From: Octopus bimaculoides
Taxonomy: Eukaryota
DNA: 64,000 nt
Direction of reading: 5' to 3'
NCBI RefSeq assembly: GCF_001194135.2
Contig: NC_068985.1
Span: forward strand, 15,899,030 to 15,963,029
This document shows, piece after piece, positions 54,284 to 64,000 of this stretch; position 1 is the first letter of the stretch; every line of letters begins with the position of its first letter. A program made the position numbers and the translations under genes. The notes under the pieces are model-generated. The model was not told the origin of the DNA, did no database searches, and saw only the letters and a list, made by a program, of their open reading frames with translations.

Positions 54284-55139
54284 NNNNNNNNNNNNNNNNN
54301 NNNNNNNNNNNNNNNNNNNNNNNNNNNNNNNNNNNNNNNNNNNNNNNNNNNNNNNNNNNNNNNNNNNNNNNNNNNNNNNNNNNNNNNNNNNNNNNNNNNN
54401 NNNNNNNNNNNNNNNNNNNNNNNNNNNNNNNNNNNNNNNNNNNNNNNNNNNNNNNNNNNNNNNNNNNNNNNNNNNNNNNNNNNNNNNNNNNNNNNNNNNN
54501 NNNNNNNNNNNNNNNNNNNNNNNNNNNNNNNNNNNNNNNNNNNNNNNNNNNNNNNNNNNNNNNNNNNNNNNNNNNNNNNNNNNNNNNNNNNNNNNNNNNN
54601 NNNNNNNNNNNNNNNNNNNNNNNNNNNNNNNNNNNNNNNNNNNNNNNNNNNNNNNNNNNNNNNNNNNNNNNNNNNNNNNNNNNNNNNNNNNNNNNNNNNN
54701 NNNNNNNNNNNNNNNNNNNNNNNNNNNNNNNNNNNNNNNNNNNNNNNNNNNNNNNNNNNNNNNNNNNNNNNNNNNNNNNNNNNNNNNNNNNNNNNNNNNN
54801 NNNNNNNNNNNNNNNNNNNNNNNNNNNNNNNNNNNNNNNNNNNNNNNNNNNNNNNNNNNNNNNNNNNNNNNNNNNNNNNNNNNNNNNNNNNNNNNNNNNN
54901 NNNNNNNNNNNNNNNNNNNNNNNNNNNNNNNNNNNNNNNNNNNNNNNNNNNNNNNNNNNNNNNNNNNNNNNNNNNNNNNNNNNNNNNNNNNNNNNNNNNN
55001 NNNNNNNNNNNNNNNNNNNNNNNNNNNNNNNNNNNNNNNNNNNNNNNNNNNNNNNNNNNNNNNNNNNNNNNNNNNNNNNNNNNNNNNNNNNNNNNNNNNN
55101 NNNNTATATATATATATATATATATATATTCCACATATT

Positions 55140-56190
55140 AAAGGGCAGATGGGGCTCCTTTACCGTGGTGGAGGCATCCCATCTAGGAAAGGGAAGCTGA
55201 TATAAAACCAGATCTTTTGTTACTGAGGGTCTCCTCAATAGGGCTGTACTATCAGCAAGCTAAGGCTCATACGGTATAACTAGGCTCTTTAGCTGTTTAT
55301 AGTGGCTTGTCCAGGAGATGGAAACCTCTGACGGAAAAGCCTGAGATGTGTTGTTCTTGGTACTGTGGCACATATGTGCACTATATTCTTGCTATCATCA
55401 CCTCCGAAAGTGTTGCTGGTTCTACACAAGTCTTCAACACTCAAATCAAATCATACGTGTGGGCATTCTGACAACTTACGTTTATTCATTCAATATGGCA
55501 CAGTTTCAACATGCAAAAATCGAAAAGTTCTCTGGTGAGAAAGTGAAAGCGGTAGGGACAAGTAAAGGATATTACTGGAAGTCTCTTGCTGGATCTCTAC
55601 GCAGTTGGTGACCATTGGGTGATGGCCGTTCCAGCACAGAACTTGTGAGTAACTGTGCTGTCCGAATCCTCCACTGGTGACAAAGCAGATCTATTTAGAC
55701 ACAGCACTGCTTTCCCCAACAGAGGGAGGGATGAGAAAAGGGGCCCCAAACATTACTTACCTTAAACTTGGCAGCCCACTGCAGCTGTCTGGTTATTCAG
55801 TAACGCAGTCGAAACATGAAGACGTCTAAGAATATTAACTTTGATCCTTGGAAAGTGCGCATACTCCAAGACAGTCACTCAGCACCAGAACGAAAAACAG
55901 CACTGGTTGCCCTGAAACAAAAGAAACTCAACATTGACATAGCTGCACTCAGTGAATCTCGCCTTGCAGGATCGTCATAGTTAAAAGAAAGTAAAGGTGG
56001 ATACATATTTTTCGAGTGTGGAAGAAATGAAGACGAACCACGCCACTCTGGTGTTGGATTTGCCGTCAAAACAGAAATAGTTAGATCCCGCCTTTCTCTA
56101 CTCAAAGGTATTTCTGATCACATCATGACACTAACGTTGGAATTTGATCACTTCTGCTACGCTTGTCAGTTGCTCTGCCCCAACCATGCT
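55140..56190 (+). mobile_element. RTE LINE 5' part: probable 5' UTR plus APE endonuclease start (ATG 55816)
   Basis: WKVRILQD..PERKTALVA..LNIDIAALSESRLAG..GGYIFF..HSGVGFAVK..GISDHIMTL..APTM; one in-frame stop; UTR boundary uncertain. Confidence 0.8.
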
Positions 56191-56194
56191 ATAA

Positions 56195-56230
<36 letters not shown>

Positions 56231-56240
<10 letters not shown>

Positions 56241-56346
56241 TCTTTTTTTTGTTTCAGTCTTTTGACTGCCGCCATGCTGGAACACCGCCTTAAGTAGAAC
56301 AAATCGACCCAGGTCTTATTCTTTGTAAGCCTAGTACTAATTCTAT
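56231..56346 (-). mobile_element. SINE family 1 tail, cut by a gap
   Basis: Matches 40830-40935. Confidence 0.8.
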
Positions 56347-56496
56347 NNNNNNNNNNNNNNNNNNNNNNNNNNNNNNNNNNNNNNNNNNNNNNNNNNNNNN
56401 NNNNNNNNNNNNNNNNNNNNNNNNNNNNNNNNNNNNNNNNNNNNNNNNNNNNNNNNNNNNNNNNNNNNNNNNNNNNNNNNNNNNNNNNNNNNNNNN

Positions 56497-56531
<35 letters not shown>

Positions 56532-56590
56532 GTATATATATGTATATATATGTATATATATATGTATATATATATATGTATTTATGTGTG

Positions 56591-56632
<42 letters not shown>

Positions 56633-56747
56633 ATAATATGACAGGATATAATATAATATAATATGATATTAAGCGAGTTAGTAATTGCAGATTTCTCATT
56701 AGTTCGGCAAATTTCCTTTTCACTAATTTTTAATGTTAAGTTAATGA

Positions 56748-56885
56748 AAGCGAGCGGCCTAGTAGTTAGGGTGTTACATTCACGCCCACAAGATCACGGT
56801 TTCGATTCCTGGCGCTGTGTTTTTGAGCAAAACACTTCATTTCACGCACGCTGTTCCAGCCCACTCCGCAGTAATTGAGTAACCC
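56748..56885 (+). mobile_element. tRNA-derived SINE head (family 3-related)
   Basis: GGCCTAGTAGTTAGGG A-box-like and GGTTTCGATTCC B-box, then TTGAGCAAAACACTT. Confidence 0.65.
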
Positions 56886-57240
56886 TTGACGTAAAAGCGA
56901 TCTCGCTCACTTTTATGCCAAGGAAATTGAGTAACTGGTTTTATGAGTCCAATAAATCAAGACACTTCCTACGTGTTATTAAAGTTAAATAACGATATGC
57001 CAAACAACTGATTTCCAATACTGTGCACACTTTTTTCCTCTGTCTCAGATTGTCTTGTCTCTTACATTTACATGTCTCTTTACTTGTCTCTTACATTTAC
57101 AAGTATTGACAAGACTATTCCACACCCAACCCATTATATTATGCGTCATTATGGCGTCCCCATCAATGTAACTTGCTATATTTTGATAATACATACATTC
57201 ATGTAATCGTACTTAGATAAATGTATATTTATATACATGC

Positions 57241-57284
<44 letters not shown>

Positions 57285-57474
57285 GACGATCGCGTCTGGC
57301 TTTCTTTTCTAACGTCACTTAAGTAGTGCTGACGAAAAAATAAAACGAAAGAAACTGTGATTCTTTTTTTTTTTTTTCACATGATATACGGTGTTAAGGA
57401 CGTGAAAAGATATCTTACTCTGCTCATACATACATACATATATACATACATACAAACATAGATACATAATACAC

Positions 57475-57525
<51 letters not shown>

Positions 57526-57793
57526 CGTATGTATGTGTGTGCGTGTGTGTAGTTACAGTAAAAACTCTGAATTAATGGTGTAATACCAAACTTGTCACGT
57601 TTGAAAATAATGAGAAATGAGACATCAACAATACTTTTATATTGTGTATGGATATATACAGGCATGGGTGCCTGCCGGCGTGCATATGCTTATGTGGGTG
57701 TTTATGTGTGTGTGTGTATGGTGTTATAAACGTTAATATACTCACCCACTCTGTTGACGAGTTACAGTTCTGACATATGGATTCTTAGACGAG

Positions 57794-57833
<40 letters not shown>

Positions 57834-58987
57834 TACATACATACATACATATACATATATATATACATACATGCATCTACGTGTATAATCGATAGGAAAC
57901 ATCTTTAGAGATATATGTAATAACATTTTGATTCAACGCATTACTTGAAGTTTCGTGGGTGTAAATTCTTTTGAGTCGTTTGATATTTTGGAAGACATGC
58001 GACGAAAAAAAGCATGGCGTTTAAAATGAATCTACATAGGCACCTCCATCTGACAACTTCTTTTCAATCGGTAATGCTGACAGGCAATCGTCAATAGATG
58101 TTTATTATTTGTAGTACTACGTGGCGGAACAGACAGCCTAGTGGTGTCACCAGATTACCCGTGCAGAAATTGATAGGTCGACAGAAGTAGAGAGAAATCT
58201 ATGCATGTTGTTGCTGAACCACATGATAAGGATAAGTGACAGCAGTGTTTGGTTGGATGTTAGTGTGTTTTGTGAGGCTGTATTTATAGATGGTTGACAA
58301 CGGTAGGCAGTGCTGGTGGTTGATGGCAGGGAAATCTCACTGTGAAAAGGCAGACGTTGTATATTATGCATTTACATATGAGGTGGTCTTTCTGGAATAT
58401 TCGTTGCCATCGATTATCCTTGATGGAACCTTTCTTTACTCATCACTCTTCTTTATATCATAATTGCAAACTCTGCTGCCGTGAATGCATATATTAAATA
58501 ACCTGCAGTGTCTATCAACAAGAAAACTTATCATAAAATCACGTCATGTTAGTTAACTTCGAACGATGAACAGATGATGCCTCTAACTGGCCTATACAAA
58601 AATGTAGGGTTGAAAACACCTGCTTGTTCCTCATGAGATTCCCCCAACTTTCACTGATCACTAGTACTGCCTATGGCAGCTGACCATTACTAACACCAAT
58701 TATCAAATGACGGCAAGCAACTTACTGACGTTTAACCTGATACTTCAAGACCTCTAAACTCCAACACGAAACAGTTGTAACAGGAATTACACAACCAGCT
58801 GCTATTGCTAACATGCCGACTTTCAAACAAGCTCGATTAGTTGGCGCCATCTGATTATCCGCTCGATTACATGGACCAACAAACAAGAATCGATGGTGAC
58901 GCTGAGCGGTCAACCATCAAAGTTTGGCGACCTCAACTTTGAAGTATATATGTTCGTGTTTCCAAACTATCTAACGAGTTTCTCCAG

Positions 58988-59041
58988 TTGTCTCACACTA
59001 CTTGAAGTTTCTCCAACGAAACTTCATGTAGTGTGAGACAA
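58988..59041. other. Near-perfect 24 bp hairpin, 6 nt loop
   Basis: TTGTCTCACACTACTTGAAGTTTC-tccaac-GAAACTTCATGTAGTGTGAGACAA, 23/24 pairs. Confidence 0.9.
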
Positions 59042-59355
59042 AGTCAAAGATTAAAGCATACAGACATATATATATAATGTACATTAATAAGCACACACAC
59101 TCAAGCACACATGCAAAAAAAAAACAAAGATACACAGCTTCCATCTACCAAATCCATTTACCGTCGTCACCTCAGGGCTAGGGAAGAGGACACATGTCCA
59201 TGATGTCACGCAGTGTGATTGGTAAATCTTTTTCACAAGACGAAGTTGGTGCGTAAGATATATAAGATATATATATATATATAAGTTAAAAATAATGGTC
59301 ATTACATGTAATTTCTTCATTAGAGCAACTTTGGCTTATAGCTGAGTCCAGTAGT

Positions 59356-60554
59356 CATTTGCCAATTTTGAGAGTAAGATATTATGGTCAACTCTGTCGA
59401 ACGCTTTACTGAAGTCAAGATATATGACAGCAAATGTTGGAATCCGTGGAAAATTTCTACACTGGATGGAGTATTTTCTGTAGAACAGAGCACATATTGC
59501 GATTGGTGGAGTCCACCAAACCTAGAAAAAGTCACCAGTGGTGTACTTCAGGGGACTGTCTTGGGCACGCTCCTCTTTATAGTTTATAGAAACGACCTCT
59601 CCAGCGTCATAAAACACTGCAAAGTAAAAATATTCGTTAATTACTTTTAAGCTCCAGAAAAGAGTCAATGAAGAAGAAGACCGAACTAAACTCCAATCGG
59701 ATCTACATGCTGTGAGTCAATGGACAGACAAAAACAAAATGCAACTAAAAGAGGGAAAATTTGAGCTGATGCATTTTGGAAGAAAGACTATGCTAAAACA
59801 ACTATACTCCGTTCCTTCAGGGAGACGCTCATAGCATCTAATAATATCAGAGACCTGAGAGTAATTGTTGATAACAAACTCAGCTGGAGTGCCCATATCA
59901 ACAATAAGGTCGATATAGCCCGTAGGATGAACTCCTGGATCCTAAGAACCTTCCGGTCCAGAGGTGTCATCATTCCTCTTTTCTCCTCCTTTGTACGGCA
60001 ACACTTCGAATACTGCTACCACTGTGGTCTCCCCATACGAAACAAAACATCTCGAAAATCGAATCACCCCAGAGGTCATTCACTAAAAGAATTAAGGGCA
60101 TGACTGACCTTGATTATTGGGACTGCCGTAAAGCATTGAAACTCTATTCTCTCCAGCGGTACATCATTTGCACGATGTGGAAAATATACCACCAGCATCA
60201 CCCAAACGACCTCAGCATTAGCTTCAAAATTCAATCAAGGCGAGGACCACCGGCCATACGTCACTTACCCGATTCAGGATCACAGCATATAAACACACTA
60301 CAACACAATTTCTTTTCCTCAACGGGCCCTGCCCTATTTAGCATTGTCCCGAGAAAGATCAAAGAGGAAAATGATCCCATTACCTTCAAACGAAATCTGG
60401 ACAAATTTCTTCAAGGAATACCAGATAAGCCAGTTACACCTGGATATAACTCACTCAATAAAAACTCCCTACTCGAATGGAACGTGATACCACAAAACTT
60501 GACTTAAAAAGGATTTAGCTAATCCTATCCGTTGGTACTATTAAGTTAGACATG
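59356..60554 (+). mobile_element. 5'-truncated CR1/L2-type LINE (RT C-terminal half) with an inverted 5' segment at 59356-59431
   Basis: + strand: VGIRGKFLHW, VTSGVLQGTVLG.LLFIVY.NDL, LQSDL, LSWSAHI, WILRTF, LYSLQR; - strand: VIYLDFSKAFDRVDHNILLSKLAN. Confidence 0.88.
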
Positions 60555-61143
60555 NNNNNNNNNNNNNNNNNNNNNNNNNNNNNNNNNNNNNNNNNNNNNN
60601 NNNNNNNNNNNNNNNNNNNNNNNNNNNNNNNNNNNNNNNNNNNNNNNNNNNNNNNNNNNNNNNNNNNNNNNNNNNNNNNNNNNNNNNNNNNNNNNNNNNN
60701 NNNNNNNNNNNNNNNNNNNNNNNNNNNNNNNNNNNNNNNNNNNNNNNNNNNNNNNNNNNNNNNNNNNNNNNNNNNNNNNNNNNNNNNNNNNNNNNNNNNN
60801 NNNNNNNNNNNNNNNNNNNNNNNNNNNNNNNNNNNNNNNNNNNNNNNNNNNNNNNNNNNNNNNNNNNNNNNNNNNNNNNNNNNNNNNNNNNNNNNNNNNN
60901 NNNNNNNNNNNNNNNNNNNNNNNNNNNNNNNNNNNNNNNNNNNNNNNNNNNNNNNNNNNNNNNNNNNNNNNNNNNNNNNNNNNNNNNNNNNNNNNNNNNN
61001 NNNNNNNNNNNNNNNNNNNNNNNNNNNNNNNNNNNNNNNNNNNNNNNNNNNNNNNNNNNNNNNNNNNNNNNNNNNNNNNNNNNNNNNNNNNNNNNNNNNN
61101 NNNNNNNNNNNNNNTATATATATATATATATACATATATATAC

Positions 61144-61177
<34 letters not shown>

Positions 61178-61379
61178 ATTTGTCTTAGATTTTATGATGA
61201 TATTTCCGTTGTAGTTCTAGGACGTAGATTGTTTATTGTTATTTGCAGATTCGTTATCCACCCGGATTACTTATGCTGATTTATTTAATTTGCGCATGCA
61301 CTGCTTGCATCTCCTAGGTTGTTTCCAGTGCGATAGTAACCGTGTGCAAGCAGCGACTGATAGTGCAAAGCATGTAATC

Positions 61380-62400
61380 ACGTTTGTTTACAGTCTCCAG
61401 CGATATCATGAATAATACGGATACATGCATGGATGGATGGACGGATGGATGTTTGTATGTAAATATGTCTATGTATGTATGTATGTACGTATGTAGGCAT
61501 GCATGTATGAATACACGTAGATATGCATGTATCGCTGTATGTATGACTGCATGCATTATGTATATATATGTGTGTCTATGGATGTATGTGCACATGTGAG
61601 TATGTAATTATATATGTATTTATGTATGTATGTATGTGTTGTTTCTTTACTACCCGCAAGGGGCTACATACAGAGGAGGCAAACAAGGACAGACAAACGG
61701 ATTAAGTCGATTATATCGATCTCAGTATTCTACTGGTACTTATTTAATCGACCTCGAAAGGATGAAATGCAAAATCGACCTCGGCGGAATTTGAACTCAG
61801 AACGTAGTGGCAGATGAAATACCGCTAAGCATTTCGCCCGGCGTGCTAACGTTTCTGCCAGCTCGCCGCCTTACATGTATGTATGTATGTATGTATGTAT
61901 GTATGTATGTATGTATGTATGTATGTATGTATTTGTGTATGTATGTGCGTATATATATATGTATGTATGTATGCACGTAATGTTTAGCCGATGTACGTAT
62001 GCATGCATGCATGTATGTATACTTGTATGCGTGGATGTATGTATGTATGTATATATGTATGTATGTATGTATGTATGTGTGTGAATGTATGCCTATGTAC
62101 ATAATGTATATATGTACATCAGCATATATGTATTTATTTATGTATTCGCATATGTATGTACATAAGTACTCAAGTATGTATGTATGTATGTATGTATGTA
62201 TGTATGTATGTATGTATGTATGTATGTATGCGTGTTTATGCATATAGGTGTTTGAATGGACATAAATATGATGTATTCATGGATGGCCGTGTGTGCCTGT
62301 GCGTATGTCATTATGTATGCATGTATGCCTGTACAGCAGTATGTACATGACTGCCTGCACGTATGTATGCATATGTGTACATAAGTAAGCATTTATGTAC
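61380..62400. repeat. Long degenerate (TATG)n array interrupted by a SINE
   Basis: Read directly; source of the MYVC/YIHT ORFs. Confidence 0.9.
61642..61871 (-). mobile_element. SINE family 2, full length, within the (TATG)n array
   Basis: Matches 48793-49023. Confidence 0.9.
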
Positions 62401-62853
62401 ATATTTATGTGTTTTTATATGTGTGTATGTGTGCGTGCGTGCCTGTGCGCGCGTGTGTGTTGCGTGTATGCGCGCGCGTGTAGGATGACAGTATCTATAT
62501 CAGTACTCGGTTGCTATATTCTCAGCGAATAAACTTTGCGTCTAATTTCCTCGTCGAATTAGCACAGCAGTATTGATAATTGCTCTCACTAATGCTCATT
62601 AATTACTTGTAGTGGTTACACGCAGAAATTAATAGATTTAGAATGATTATATTGGATAATTTAAGTAATGAAAATTATAATCAGATCATAATGTGCTGAA
62701 AATCGTTTAATTTACATATTTGGATTAAAAGATGTCTTCGACGATCATCTGTTGCAAATCTACGAACAGCATTATTTGTTCTGCATTAAGTATTATACCA
62801 CTACTATAGCTTTTCTCTCCTTTACTATAATACTCTTGTTTTGAACCACTTTC

Positions 62854-62916
<63 letters not shown>

Positions 62917-63458
62917 TATTGCTTCACTATATTTTGGCCATTCTACAAACTCCTCTATCTAAGTTTTCTACATTACAGTAAGCATAACCTACAATGACCA
63001 TTACAATAACCATACACGCCTCTACGATAATACTAGAATTTCTTTCACACTGTACTTTTCAAGAGAGTACGAGAGAACCCTCTACTACAGCAGTACTGAA
63101 ATCTTCTCTATTCTTTTATTCGAGCAAAGCACTATAATCCCCTTCACCATCAATTACACGTTCGACCTCTCATGTATCCATTCTACTCTACATAAATATT
63201 ACACCCCTTTCTATCTTTTTTACACTACGTAACCATTACATTCCCTTTTATCTGTTTACACTACCACAATAATGCAATTTCATCTGTTCCTCTACTGCAT
63301 TACACTATTATGATATTACAAACCCCTCTTGTTGTTCAGCTCTGTTCTAATATAGCAATAACATTCTTTAGGCTGTTCTATATTACTTTACTACAATACT
63401 ATAATTCCTTTCATTGTTCTTCTTTAAAACAGTACTATGTTTCCCTCTGGTTATTTTA

Positions 63459-63670
63459 CAGGGTGTACACAAAGACTGGGTACATGGAGTAAATAAAATC
63501 ATAACATAAACAATCAAATATAAGAAATGATAATTTCTTAAAGTATGTGTTAATCCCCATGTGGGTACATGGAGTAAATAAAATCATAACATAAAAAATT
63601 AACTATAAGAAATAATAATTTCTTAAAGTATGTCTTAATCCCCATGTACCCAGACTTTGTGGACACCCTG
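63459..63670. mobile_element. Tc1/mariner MITE with internal 85 bp tandem duplication
   Basis: TA-CAGGGTGTACACAAAGACTGGGTACATGG ... CCATGTACCCAGACTTTGTGGACACCCTG-TA; units about 63477-63561 and 63562-63646. Confidence 0.9.
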
Positions 63671-64000
63671 TATATTACACTCTACAACCTCCACTAGCTG
63701 TTTAATAATATCCTACGGTTGTACTACGATGCTACCTAATGTACAACACACACTACAATACTCCAAACCTGGCTACTCTACTCTTAGACACTATTGCACT
63801 TCCCTCAAACTCTTGAGGGAATGTTTTACTGTCTTAAGAGACAGTATGACTGGCTAGCTGGGGTGGGAGGGAAGAAGAGTTAAAAAGGATTTTTTAATTT
63901 TATTTTTGGTTGGTCTGTGACAATCTGTCATGGTTCACTGTTTTTTGGGACTGGTTTTGTGCACATCTCTATGTGTGTGTGTATATATGTGTGTTTGTGT

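Noticed and set aside
58140-58530. Possible LINE endonuclease remnant on the minus strand (IIYNVCLP, QPSI)
   Set aside because: Too degraded to support without a profile search

Overview
AT-rich, gap-rich eukaryotic (metazoan) scaffold, about 9 kb of it Ns. The SINE types and the density of (CA)n/(TA)n/(TATG)n/(GA)n microsatellites suggest a coleoid cephalopod, probably Octopus; this is inference from recalled repeat families, not a database search. I found no host protein-coding exon I can support, so the window reads as intergenic or deep-intronic. It is a transposon graveyard: at least 9 Tc1/mariner-superfamily elements or MITEs, about 14 tRNA-derived SINE copies or fragments from 3-4 families, RTE and CR1/L2-type LINE fragments, a decayed Helitron helicase, and six fragments of restriction-like-endonuclease (RLE, R4/Dong-type) non-LTR retrotransposons. 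Almost all long ORFs in the supplied track are microsatellite or N-gap artefacts. Best observations: (1) an RLE family whose copies sit in (CATA)n microsatellites, beside a Dong-like family sitting in (TAA)n; (2) a Penelope-type minimal hammerhead ribozyme motif at 44060-44105 (-); (3) several long or near-perfect hairpins and nested inverted SINE pairs; (4) a compact three-way-junction fold at 53595-53653; (5) a twin-priming-type 5' inversion in a CR1/L2-type LINE. None is demonstrated to be a new system; all are testable candidates.
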